Under the pieces are notes generated by a model. That model was not told the DNA's origin and did no database searches. It worked only from the letters and a program-made list of their open reading frames with translations. From Eledone cirrhosa (lineage: Eukaryota), in the NCBI GenBank assembly GCA_964016885.1, contig CAXHJY010001167.1:10620-74619 (forward strand): a stretch of DNA of 64,000 nucleotides, read 5' to 3'. The translations under genes and the position numbers were made by a program. Positions 1 through 14,960 of the stretch are shown here, one piece after another. The stretch's first letter is position 1; the number at the start of each line of letters is the position of its first letter.

Positions 1-518
1 TAATCAAGCAAAACCAGAATCTGATCCATTTCTGATTAGCAGATTAGGGATGGAGTCGGGTTCTATAACACAACTATGGATCTTGAGCCACCCATCTGGG
101 GAAACTTTCGCAACAGACTATTCAATACAAACGTTAATGTGAAACCTCGTTCTCCTATAGCAGAGTGTGGTATTATTGGTAGCTTTATCAGTAAACCATA
201 AATCTGCTGAATCACCTTATATATATATATATATATATATATAATGTGTGTGTGTCATTATATATATGTATAATGTGTGTGTGTGTACTTACGCAGACAT
301 TAAGTGTAGAATGGCTTTCGTTGAAATTCCTTCGTTTGCATTTCTATTACATTATTAATTCATATATTTTTCACATGGCGAAGAGTACAACAATTTTATG
401 GTGGAATAAAGTGGAATGAGATTTGAAGTAGAAAGGATTTCGTACATATATACATGTATACATATGCACATACATACATACATACATGCATGCATGCATA
501 CATACATACATACATACA

Positions 519-1128
519 TGGTGGCTGCCAACTCGTTTTCGAGTACGGCCACTACTTTATATCCATGTAGGAGAACCCCTACCGATACGCTGAACGAGTG
601 TGACTTTTTAGTCTAACCAGCGACTTCAAAACTCTGGTACAAACACTACACTTGTGACAATTATTGACACATAGTGCTGGGCCCATGGTACCATGTGACG
701 ACAAATGCAGAGAGATCTCCAGATATAAAGCAATGCCTGTGCCGTGAAGCTTTTATAGTGAGCAAAGGCACTGCACAAAGCCAGTCCCACTCTCTTAACC
801 AAGATGATATTTACCAAAAAGAAGAACAAGTCAACATCATTGGATATCATCAGGGTTGCAGGTGTTATATCAGAGTTTTCCTTCTCCTAGAATTCTACCT
901 TGACTAAGGCTAAGGGGTCATCTCTCCCGGTGATTTTGGATGGCCATTGACTCTTAAGAGCTCCTTTGACCTTTGACAGGTTTTGTTTTTAGTCCTGCAG
1001 GATGTCCAAAGTCACCCTCCTCACCAAGAAACCTTGGTGGGGTTGCCAGTTTAGTCGCCAACGACCCGACCATGAGACAGGTTGTACTGGGATACATGTT
1101 ACCAGTAGCACCAACTGGTGACCTGACA
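519..1128 (-). mobile_element. ~610-bp non-autonomous RTE-related retroelement (SINE-like), family 1, copy 1
   Basis: Near-identical to 1838-2355, 51203-51812 and 58521-59131. On the minus strand it ends in the stem-loop CTCG-AAAA-CGAG, then TTGGCAGCCACCA, then a (TGTA)n tail. Copy 4 reads [20 protein letters not shown] near the 3' end, resembling the C2H2 motif at RTE ORF C-termini. Confidence 0.75.
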
Positions 1129-1267
1129 CATACATATATATACATACATATATACATACATACATATATACATATATATACATACATACATATATATACA
1201 TACATACATATATATACATACATACATATATATACATACATACATATATATACATACATACATATAT

Positions 1268-1300
<33 letters not shown>

Positions 1301-1397
1301 CATACATATATACATACATATATACATATATATATACACATATATATATATATACATACATACATATATACACACATATATATACATACATACATAC

Positions 1398-1428
<31 letters not shown>

Positions 1429-1837
1429 CACACACACATATACATATATATATATATACATACATACACATACATATATACACATACATATATACATACA
1501 TATATATATACATACATACACATACATATATACACACACATATATACACATATATATATACATACATACATATATATTACATATTTACATATATATATAT
1601 ACATACATACATATATATACATACATATATACACATACATATATACATATATATATATACATGCATACATATATACATACATACATACATATATATACAT
1701 ACATATATACATATATATATATACACACATATATACATACATATATATATACACATATACATATATATACATATATATATACATATATATACATACACAT
1801 ACATATATATATATATATACATACATATACATACATA
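1129..1837. repeat. Compound (TA)n/(TACA)n microsatellite
   Basis: Seen directly; source of the spurious YI/YM/HT-rich ORFs. Confidence 0.95.
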
Positions 1838-2355
1838 TGGTGGCTGCCAACTCGTTTTCGAGTACGGCCACTACTTTATATCCATGTAGGAGAACCCCTA
1901 CCGATGCGCTGAACGAATGTGACTTTTTAGTCCAGCCAGCGACTTGAAAACTCTGGTACAAAGACTACACTTGTGACCATTATTGACACATAGTGCAGGG
2001 CCCATGGTACCATGTGATGACAAGTGCAGAGAGATCTCCAGATATAAAGCAATGTCTGTGATGTGAAGCTTTTATAGTGAGCAAAGGCACTGCACAAAGC
2101 CAGTCCCACTCTCTTAACCAAGATGATATTTACCAAAAAGAAGAACAAGTCAACATCATTGGATACCATCAGGGTTGCAGGTGTTATATCAGAGTTTTCC
2201 TTCTCCTAGAATTCTGCCTTGACAAAGGCTAAGGGGTCATCTCTCCCAGTGATTTTGGATGGCTATTGACTCTTAAGAGCTCCCTTGCCCTTTGACAGGT
2301 TTTGTTTTTAGTCCTGCAGGATGTCCAAAGTCACCCTCCTCACCAAGAAACCTTG
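1838..2355 (-). mobile_element. RTE-related non-autonomous element family 1, copy 2 (5'-truncated)
   Basis: Same sequence as 519-1128 but stops after CACCAAGAAACCTTG, so it lacks the 5' ~95 nt. Confidence 0.75.
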
Positions 2356-3811
<1,456 letters not shown>

Positions 3812-3950
3812 CATACATATATACATCCATACATATATCCAACCATCCATCCATCCATCCATACATACATACATACATACATTGCATACATACATACATA
3901 CATACATACATACATACATACATACATACATACATACATACATACATACA

Positions 3951-4520
3951 TGATGGCTGCCCCCTCGTTATCGAGTATAGACATTGCACGATATACCATT
4001 ATTAATAATTATTAATTAATTCTATCGTGCAATGCCTGTGCGTGAAGATATTTTTTGAAGTGAGGAAAGACTGTGCACTGAGCCAATCCCACTCTCTGAG
4101 CGACAGTAGCTATAACCCGAAAAGCTAGGAGATACGGGTCCTTCAATCCCAGTGGTTTGATCGCTCGATCGGGTGTCCAGCCCGACTATTTCTATGTCCC
4201 CGCGCATATACATACACATGCACCCATGTAGGACAAAAAACAAAACTTGACAAAGGGCGGAAGGACTCATAAGAGTCAACGGCCATCAAAAAGTATGTAA
4301 ATATGTATATACACATGTGCATGTGTATGTATATGTATATGTGTATATACATGGGTGCATGTGTATGTATATGCGGGGGGACATAGAAATAGTCTTAATC
4401 ACCCTTCATTTTGGACAAGTAAACTTGGTGGGATTGCCGGTTTAATCGCCGACGACCCGATGATGCGACAGGTTGTACTGGGGTTACATGTTACCAGTAG
4501 CACTCAAGAGTGACCCGACA
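3951..4520 (-). mobile_element. RTE-related non-autonomous element family 2 (rearranged copy)
   Basis: Shares the 3' stem-loop (CTCG-ATAA-CGAG GGGGCAGCCATCA plus TGTA tail) and a homologous 5' head with family 1. A plus-strand copy lies at 23640-24009. Confidence 0.65.
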
Positions 4521-4719
4521 TACATACATACATGCACACATAGTGGGAAGCCTACTTGGGTCCGAGTACGGTCACTTCTTAGAACGAAGAAAAAAACACA
4601 CATACACATACATCAATTCATAAATGCACACTCACGTAATACACATACACGCACATACACTACATGCAACTCTACCCCAAATATAAATATATATTTAATG
4701 TTGAATGGCATTATATAAA

Positions 4720-4910
4720 GGGCGGTGGATTGGCAGTTTCGGTAGAGGGTCGGACGCCATGCTTTGACGCATAGAGTTACGACCCTTGCCATTCTGAGTT
4801 CAAACACCACCGAGGTTAACTTTGCCTTTCATCCTTACGGGGTCGATAAAATAAAGTACCAGTAATGCAGTGGGATAATTGCTGGCCTTGTGCCAAAAGT
4901 AGAAACAATT
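4720..4910 (+). mobile_element. tRNA-derived SINE with Meta-type central domain
   Basis: B-box-like GAGTTCAAA followed by GCCTTTCATCCTTACGGGGTCGATAAAATAAAGTACCAG; multiple copies in the window. Confidence 0.75.
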
Positions 4911-5004
4911 ATATACATTGTAGTAATGTAAAATAAAAGAATAAAGGAAGTACATACATATAAACATATATACATATATGTATGTATGAATATATGTATG
5001 TATG

Positions 5005-5094
<90 letters not shown>

Positions 5095-5547
5095 CATATA
5101 TATATACATATACATATATTGTCTTTTTATTTATCAACAATGAAGTGTGTGTGAGTGTACATTGTGTTTGAGCCCTCACCATCCCCTGCATACATCTCCT
5201 CCCTTTGTCCTGCATGTCCTTCCGCTTTTTAAGTTACATTCAATTGCTTTCATGATGTGTTTTCTAATACAATTGATAATAATAATTATTTTTACACAAA
5301 TAGGTATTATACATTTTTCCTTAAGACGAGAACATTATGGGATGTTGTGCTGTTTATGCATCACAGGAATAGCTGCTACATCGGTTCTGAGACCTGGAGA
5401 ACCAGGAATGCCTGATACGCCCTCTTCTAAAGCAATCCCCTCTGTCTCCTTGAACCACTTGCTCTCTTAAAAGTTTAAAAATATCTTTATCAAGCCTAGA
5501 AACTCATCAACCCAGAGTTTATCACGGTTTCATGTGGCGAAGTAAAC

Positions 5548-5894
5548 CACTCTCTGATCTTGAATAATGACCCCACCCCACCCACTTATTAACTTTCCAG
5601 ATTCCCCACCCACCCCCATGCTTATTAAATTTTAATAATATATTTCCGGCGAAATTTTATTGTAAGTGATTCATATTGATACAGCAGTTGGAGAATCTAA
5701 TTATTTTATTTTACATTTTAAAAACATTATATATGACACAAAACGAACATTACAAGAATCTCCATATTTATGAACGTAGACTACACAATTACCGATTCCC
5801 CCACCCGACGTGTATTCCATATAAGAATTCAAACATATGTCCAAACCTCCGCTTATTCCAACCCCCAGCTCACTATTATTTGGGACCCGAGATT
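5548..5894. mobile_element. MITE-like non-autonomous DNA transposon
   Basis: Homologous to 40550-40883. Imperfect terminal inverted repeats: (T/C)ACTCTC..TCTTGAATAAT and ATTATTTGGGACCCG(G/A)GA(G/T)TA. Confidence 0.5.
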
Positions 5895-6535
5895 AGAACG
5901 CAACGCTAGAGAACAAGGTCGAAAAAAAAAAAAATACTACTCACACCTCTACAGGTGTTTTAATGATATGGATCCCAATTTTGGACCGGAGAGATGTCCG
6001 ATGCAGGCGTTAACCTTCAGCTGGTGCTAGACCATATTTATCCTCAAGTGAGTGGACTGGAGTAACACGAAAAGACGTTGCTTTGCACAATGACAAAATG
6101 TGATGTCCTGGCCGTAATTACGATCGTGAGAGCAGCACCCAACCGCATGATAACACGTCTTCATTATAGTATATTTTTGCCTTACGAAATTTCTCTATTA
6201 GGTTCTGGCTGGCGATGTTTCTTTCATTGGTGTGTTTTTAATTATAACTTTTGCAAAGAAATTAAATAAACGCTTCAGCTCTGCATTAATTAATTGCGCT
6301 CTGGATAAAAAGAAAATATTAAATATATATATATATATATATATGAAAAAAGGGAGAAAAAGACGATTATTAGGAAGAAAAATATATTTTTTTTTCCTTT
6401 TATTTTTTTCTCTTTTTTCTGGGTTAGAAAATGTTTAAAACAAAATATTTTACTTTGTGTGAAATGTTAAGGTATTAGTTAATTTATTTATTAATTAACA
6501 ATGGCATTTATTTATTTATTTATACATTTTAATTG

Positions 6536-6624
<89 letters not shown>

Positions 6625-7879
6625 ATGAAGTGCTAGCAAAAAGGATTACATAGCTCCAACATTCTAGTTGCCTGGCTCGGCTTGGCAAATGCATATGACT
6701 CTGTTCCCTATGCAAAGTGTCGAATTTCATTTACATTATAGTATGTGTGGAAGAGCTCCTAAAGTAGTATATTGAATATATGTTCGTGCCATTTACCACC
6801 AATAAATTCACGACACTAGAAGAAACAGTGTACTACACATTTTCTGGTGGTTATGGAGTTGCTATTTCAAGATAAAATAGCAGAAAATAACTGACATTGC
6901 AACTTCTTCAAGCTCTTACGCATCACATAAGCTCCTTAATGATAGGAGAAAACATTCGTCGCGTCCTGTTGTACGAGCTTTTCTAGCTTATATGGAGCCC
7001 CGCACTGCCACACACACACTTCATTCTTAATCCAAATAAAAAAAACCCACCAGTCGATAATATGGGGTTAGGTTAAATAGTCATGCTTGAAATTTGAGTG
7101 GAGCAGATTCAAACGATTAGGAAGTACTCTTAAATGATGCTCAGTAGGTTATTAAGATCAAGACCAAGTTCAGACACAGACTACCAACCGTTGACAGTTG
7201 TGGTTTGACAGGGAATTCCAAAGGGTTATGTTAGACTACCAACCGTTGACAGTTGTGGTTCAACAGGGAATTTCAAACTGTTGTGTTATCAGTATGGCCA
7301 TTTGCCGAGGCTCTTATGCCGAGTCCAAGTGCAGGAAATACCGTCAAGAGAGGAGAGTATGGAAATATATACTTGTAAATTCCTAAGAGAGTGGTTTGGT
7401 CTCTCGCCATACATTTACGGGAATTGATTAATATAATTCTACTGCCAAACTCCAGATACCCTTAATATAGCTGATGAAGGAGATTAAATGAACAAAACTT
7501 GCAGCTACGTGATGCCATGTAATTCTGTAGATGTCATTAATTCTGAAAACTAGACCAAATCGGTGTATATATAATAAGTAACGTTTTTTTACGGCTACAA
7601 GTTTTTTTTTTAGTTGTTGTTGGTGTTGTTATCGCTTATTAATAGCAATAACAACAGCAAGCATCATACAAAACTACATCTTTGTAGGCATTTCAAATAA
7701 AATCGAACACTTTTCCTGAAACGGAAAAGACCCCCCCAGCGAATACACACTGGGCGAGGGAGAGATTTAAACGTCGTCAGATCTGTGAAAAAATGCAAAT
7801 TGTTGAGACCGAGAGTCAATGATGTTTGCTAAATTATATGAAAGCGTTTTGATTTAGGTAAAATGAAGGAGAGAAAATT

Positions 7880-8065
7880 CGATTTAGCAAGGTGGAAAAT
7901 TCGATTAAATCGACTCAGTATTTGACTTCTGCTTTATTTTATCGACCTCGGAATGATGAAATTCTAAGTTGACTTCGACTGAATTTGAACTCACAACCGT
8001 AAAGAAAGCTACTAAATGCCGCAAAGTATTTTGTCCGATGCTGTAATGATTCTGCCAAGCTACCA
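7880..8065 (-). mobile_element. Diverged Meta-type tRNA SINE
   Basis: Reverse-complement motifs TTTATTTTATCGACC..GGAATGATGAAA..AAGTTGACTTCG..GAATTTGAACTCA. Confidence 0.55.
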
Positions 8066-8414
8066 CCCTCCACAACGTTATATGAATGAATGCTGGGAAT
8101 GTAAGTGTTCGTCTGATGACTTGTGTTATTAAATATAAGAGTGTGGGCCATTGAGTGGTGTACGGAAGAGATGTTAGTGGAAACCTCCATCGCTTTACTT
8201 TCTCCTTTCTTACTTATACTTCACTTCCACCACTCCACCACAATCAACATTTCCTCCTACGTTTTCATTAACTTGCCACGCTTCGCTTCTTTCTGTCTTT
8301 CTTTCTTTCTTTATTTATTTATTTTGTACTTTCTCCATTATCTCCATCCCCATCACAACTACCACTACAGCAGCTATTATCACAACCAACAATTCCTGCT
8401 TCTTCAACACCATC

Positions 8415-8625
8415 GCAATGACGAACACCACCACCACCGTCACCACCACCACCGTCACCACCACCACCACCACCACCGTCACCCCCACCGTCACCGCCAC
8501 CACCACCACCGTCACCACCACCACCACCGTCACCCCCACCGTCACCGCCACCACCACCACCACCACCATCACCGTCACCCCCACCGTCACCGCCACCACC
8601 ACCAGCACCATCACCACCGCCACCT
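8415..8625. repeat. (CAC)n/(CACCGT)n low-complexity repeat
   Basis: Seen directly; explains the poly-His/Thr/Val ORFs. Confidence 0.9.
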
Positions 8626-9004
8626 TCTCTTTCTCCTCTACCGCCACTGTCTTATCATACACTTTGTAGTAGAGTTAATTAATTAGAAATTAACTTTATC
8701 GCCAGACTGGGACTGTTTAGAGTATTTGGTGGAATAGCGTTGGTGGTTCCAATGTTTGCTGTGGTCTTGTTGGTGGCAGTGGTTATAGTGGCGACGATGG
8801 TGGTGGTTGTCATACTAGCAATGATGGTAATGACAGCAATGACTGCGGTGTTGCTGTTTCTAGTGGTTGTTGTGATAATAGCGGTGGTATGGGAGTAGTG
8901 GTTATAGTGATGGTTGTGGTTGTAGCACTGATGATAATAGTAGTAATAGCTATGGTGCTTATAGTAGTTGTTGTAGTAGTAGATGTTGTAATAGTAGTTG
9001 TGGT

Positions 9005-9009
9005 GGTAA

Positions 9010-9083
<74 letters not shown>

Positions 9084-9085
9084 AT
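9005..9085. repeat. (TAG)n microsatellite within GT-rich low-complexity DNA
   Basis: Seen directly. Confidence 0.9.
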
Positions 9086-9835
9086 GGTAATGGTAGTGTT
9101 GGCTATTGTACTATTGTTGATGATAGTGCTGGAGAATGAATGCAGTAGTAGTGGTGTAGGTTGTTATGATATATGTTATGGCGAGGGATGTGTGTAAAGG
9201 TGATGGTGGTGGTGGCGGTGGTGGTTGTGGCGGGGGTGGTGGCGATGACGTTGTGGTGAGGTAGGGTGGAGGTGGAGTTTATGATGGTGACTGAGGAGCT
9301 AGTTGCAGCATGGTTTCTATTGTTTAGACGTCTGGTCAGTCCCGGCTTTGAACTGGTTGGCTGGTAGGTTTATAAGTAGGCAACCTCAGCTCTGATATAT
9401 AGTTGAAGGACCATATATATATGTATACATATGTATGATTTAACAGTAGCAGTAACATAGCGTTTTCATAATGAAGGCGCATATAACCAACATACAAGTC
9501 TCACTATGAGTATCTCAAACTCTGATCAACTACCTATTCAGTGACGTTAATTTTCTAACAATTCATCCTTACGGGGTCGATAAAATAAAGTACCAGTAAT
9601 GCACTGGTGGATTGCTGGCCTTGTGCCTAAAGTAGAAACAGTTAATTTTCTAACAATTCGCTAGTTTGGGGAAATTGTGCTTCTTTTTAGGGAATCGATC
9701 TGGAAACACTGGTAAAAGATCGCATGGTTCCAATTTGGCTGTTATTTCTAGCAGATCTGATAACCCTAGTAGTGGTTCTATTGTTTGCTCGGGTTTGGCT
9801 ATTATTTCGAGCAGATCCCTAATAAACATTATAAA

Positions 9836-10008
9836 GTATCGGTAGAGGGTCGGACGCCATGCTTTCCAGCATAGTTACGTCCCTTTACGATCTGAGTTCA
9901 AATCCCGCCGAGGTTAACTTTGCCTTTCATCCTTACGGGGTCGATAAAATAAAGTACCAGTAATGCACTGGGTTTTTGCTGGCCTTGTGCCTAAAGTAGA
10001 AACAATTA
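9836..10008 (+). mobile_element. Meta-type tRNA SINE (partial extra copy at 9563-9645)
   Basis: High similarity to 4720-4910. Confidence 0.75.
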
Positions 10009-12482
10009 TAACCCTAATAAAGATTTTCTATCAGCTGCGATTTGGTAGCTATTTCTAGCAAGTATAGCAACCCTTCTACAATGCCCCTGTTGCTCGGATT
10101 TTGTTGCTATATCGAGTGATCACGTGGAGACTCCCAATATGGTTTGTCGTCCAATCTATTTCTGTAGGTTCTGATGTACCATAGGAAATGCGGGCGAGGA
10201 GGGGGACTCCATCGGAGTGTGACATTACTGATCCGTCTGCACTTATCTCTGCTGGTGTGTATTCCTGTGTTTGATGTTAATGGAGTTATCAATGTTGACG
10301 ACCATTTCTCTCTGACTCCCCATTCTCTCTCACACCCCTCCCCCGTCTCTCTCACACCCACCCATCCCACACATCCTCCACTCTCTCTCTTTATTTAAAG
10401 TTAGTGGGAGTAATACAGTTCTTAGGATGTTGTAGTAGTAGTTAATTGTTACTTAACCTTATCCTTCCAATGCATTCCATTCGGTATAACGGTATAACAC
10501 TGCCATTTTGTGTATCAGGACCTACATTGCACAAAGCATCTTTTTTTATTAACAAGTTAAAGTATCTTTTGGAGGTGAGTTGGCTACTATTTCTAACGGG
10601 TAGAACAACCGCGTAGAAGCTCTGGAGTCGTTACAAATGTGGCGGGGCTGTTTACATAATGATTATAGTCAGAAGGGAAGGATTAGTGTTGTTAGTATGG
10701 TTTTGCAGTAATATTGTGAAATGGGTAGTGAAACCCAGTGCCTAGATACTTAGCGCCACAAGCTAGCTATACAATATAACTTCTCCAAGTTATGCGCCCT
10801 ATTCTACCAATAAATTTAACTCGCTGACAAGCCTAGTTTTGATATTTATTGCTCTGACTACATCGAGGAAATTACTAACCTTGTATTTTCCTCAACACAA
10901 TCCACACTCACCAACGACAAATTATGTTACATACGCCCTCTTCACAGCTTTGGATATCCACAACTTGCAAGTATTTATTATATATTTAACTTAATTATAC
11001 AAATTAGTATAACATTGTGATATTTTAAGGTTCGGCAATGCATCTCTCTGAGATCTGCCTTCAATTCGGCTGCTTAGTTGGTTTTAATAGTAACGCCAGC
11101 CCTGGGTGTATTAAATGTTTTTGGTTGTTTTAGTGTTAACTAGGGTACATAGTCGGTCCCATTTTAAGGTATGGGCACATTTTTCTGAGGCCTATCAGGT
11201 ATAGGGGCTCAGTACTAATCTATGTATGCTGCGGGTTTGTATGTAGGGGCTTCCTGTAGCAAAGAATGTGTGGCATCAACAAATTCCGACACATTCACAT
11301 ATCTGGGAGATACTTCTGTTTTAATATTTTGGATTTGTTGTGCAGGTAGTTTGTGGGTGGGGTCTCTCGTTGTTTAACTCCAAGCCAGTTTCAATCAGGC
11401 AGACACGATCAAAAGCATTCCAGCATTGTGCTCAGCACATGTCACTTATGGCCACGTTATTCAATGTGTCGTTCTAAGACAGGCGGCTGGGAGATGAGAT
11501 AGATAGATAAGTAGATAGATAGATAGTTAGAGGGAAAGAGAGAGGGGGGGGGGATATGTAAATAGATGGTTGGATAGATAAATAGACGGATAGCTAGATG
11601 GATGGATATAAAAATAGACAGATTGATGGATAGATATATAGATAGATGAAGAGAGAGGGGGCTAGAGAGAGATGTATAAATTCGGCTGCTTTTACTTCTA
11701 TGTCAAGCGACCCTCGCTGGCTCATTATAGTGTGTTGTGATTGCTGTTGTTAGTAGTGGCGGCAGTAGTGGTGTAGAAGTGGTGATGGTGATGGTGACGG
11801 TGATGGTGACGGTGATGGTGGGACTGTTGTGGGGCTACGTCGTTCGGAGTCAGTGACGGAGTTGTAGCAATCCATGATATTGACGTAGAAGTCGCCACCA
11901 CCACCACCACCACCACCTTCACTCATCCCCCGCCACAACACCACTATGTTTGTTATGAGCTTCCCCACTCCACAACCACCACCACCACCACCATAGCACG
12001 CCCACCGTTCCACTAAAGGCATGGACACCACCACCATCATTTCCACCTTAACTATAACCATCCCGCCACCAATATCACTATAACCGTAATAACACCCCCG
12101 ACCATCACTATAACACGCCACTGCAACCACCATCACCACCACCACCACCTCTACTACCGCCACCACCACCACCACCACCACCGCAAACATCACCACCACC
12201 ACAACGACGACGACAACCACCACCACCACCACCACCACCACCATACTACCACCACCGCCCCCAACACTACCGCCACCACCGCCACCACTACCACCACCGC
12301 AACCACCACCACCACCACCACCATACTACCAGCACCACAGCCACCAGCACCACCACCACTGCCCCCGTCCCCCCACCACTGTCACCATCGCTGTTGCTGA
12401 TGTTATTGTTGTTGTTATACCAAGATACGGCCGCATCGTCATTGCAACAGAACAGCTGCAACCACACATAACGAACGCCACC

Positions 12483-12786
12483 ATGGTGAGGCCATCACCC
12501 ACAGTGCCACCGCCGTCGCCGTCCATTACAACGACGACGACGACGACAACGATGATGATAAGGATGATGATAAGGATGATGATGGCAGTAGTGTATTGGC
12601 CGCTGTTAGCAGGTCCCTGGCCTATGCTGCTCCTGGTACTGTCCACCGCCACTCCACAACCTCAGCATTTCGATAAGGCTAGTTACCTAATAATGCCACC
12701 TGTCCGCTGGAACGTGTCAACACCGGAGATAACCCTGATCATTGTATCGGAAACTGGGATAAATTACACCGCCTATACCTCACTGG
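12483..12786 (+). CDS. Putative first coding exon of a secreted alpha/beta-hydrolase-fold protein
   Basis: GCCACCATGG Kozak start. Hydrophobic signal-like segment (MMMAVVYWPLLAGPWPMLLLVLSTA), then non-repetitive YLIMPPVRWNVSTPEITLIIVSETGINYTAYTSL. Ends at a G|GTGAGT phase-1 donor that joins in frame to 37989. Confidence 0.65.
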
Positions 12787-12797
12787 GTGAGTAGATT

Positions 12798-13753
<956 letters not shown>

Positions 13754-13909
13754 ACCGGTAGAAATCGTTGGAACATCCTGTGTCACTCGGTTCGTAGCGT
13801 ACTGCAACTATTCTAAATAATTTGTTATATATTTGGAGCTGTTTGTGTGAGTAATTATATATATATATATATTGTTATACTTGGAGGGGGTAGGGGTCAT
13901 ATTGTTGTA

Positions 13910-14102
13910 ATAATTGTTTCTACTTTTGGCACAAGGCCAGCAAATTACCCAGTACATTACTGGTACTTTATTTTATCGACCCCGTAAGGATGAAAGGCAA
14001 AGTTGACCTCGGCGGGATTTGAACTCAGAATGGAAAGGGCCGTAATTATATGCGTCAAAGCATGACGCCCGACCCTCTACCGATACTGCCAATTCACCGC
14101 CC
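13910..14102 (-). mobile_element. Meta-type tRNA SINE
   Basis: Reverse complement of the 4720-4910 family. Confidence 0.75.
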
Positions 14103-14104
14103 TA

Positions 14105-14280
14105 TTATTGCCAGAAATAATAACAGAACACACTCACTGTTTGGTTGGTTTTCGCTTCTTTATCTTTTATATCTCCACAGTTAATTCATTTGGTCAAAAA
14201 TACAGATGTAATATATATATATATATAGTCTATTAAAGTTCTTTCGTTGCACATCTGCAACATCATCAGTGGTACTATTA
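14105..14280 (-). mobile_element. Solo remnant of the Penelope-like element 3'/pLTR region, with a degenerate minimal hammerhead
   Basis: Matches 53540-53755 (AATAACAGAACACACTCACTGTTTGGTTGGTTTTCGCTTC and CTTTCGTTGCACATCTGCAACATC(A/G)TCAGTGGT). Confidence 0.65.
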
Positions 14281-14413
14281 TATATATGCGCACATGCATG
14301 CATACACACACACATATTATATATGTATATATATATGCGCACATGCATGCATACATACACACACATATATTATATATGTATATATATGCGCACATGCATG
14401 CACACACACACAC

Positions 14414-14470
<57 letters not shown>

Positions 14471-14641
14471 TCAGATACCTGTATGTATACACACTCAAAC
14501 ATTTATGTACATATACACACATATATAACATATTTACCTGTGTATGTGCGACTGCGTATGCATGTGTATGTATGTATATATATATATATATATTTGTATA
14601 TAGAATGATATGTATTATCCCTACCGCAGTGCCAAGCGGTT

Positions 14642-14676
<35 letters not shown>

Positions 14677-14909
14677 ATAATATTAATAAATGGAAACTAT
14701 CTTTATAAAACCATATTTATTTTATTATATATATTTCAAGGGTACCAAAATTTTGGCACGCTCTCATCAGATAAAATACAAAAGTTTTACAGATAGTGAC
14801 ATATCCCAAAACAAGAACCTGTCGTTATACTCCAGAAGAAAACTTGTAGAGTGCTTCGAATCTGTTATAAATAAATTTCTTGAATAACCAACATATTAAA
14901 TAACTCTTT

Positions 14910-14960
<51 letters not shown>

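Noticed and set aside
1030-1128. Canonical HDV-like or twister ribozyme at the family-1 5' end
   Set aside because: A P2/P4/CUAA-like fit exists, but there is no P1 3' strand and family 2 does not conserve it. The twister consensus was not found. Kept only as an unassigned structure.
8123-9197. His-, Thr- and Val-rich ORFs (also 11725-12350 and 25032-25583)
   Set aside because: Trinucleotide low-complexity repeats open on both strands; no splice or domain evidence.
10780-11370. Possible ancient retroelement remnant shared with ~16740-17230
   Set aside because: Weak mutual similarity (AAGGTTC(G/A)GCAATGCA...TCTGAG.TCTGC) but too decayed to classify by eye.
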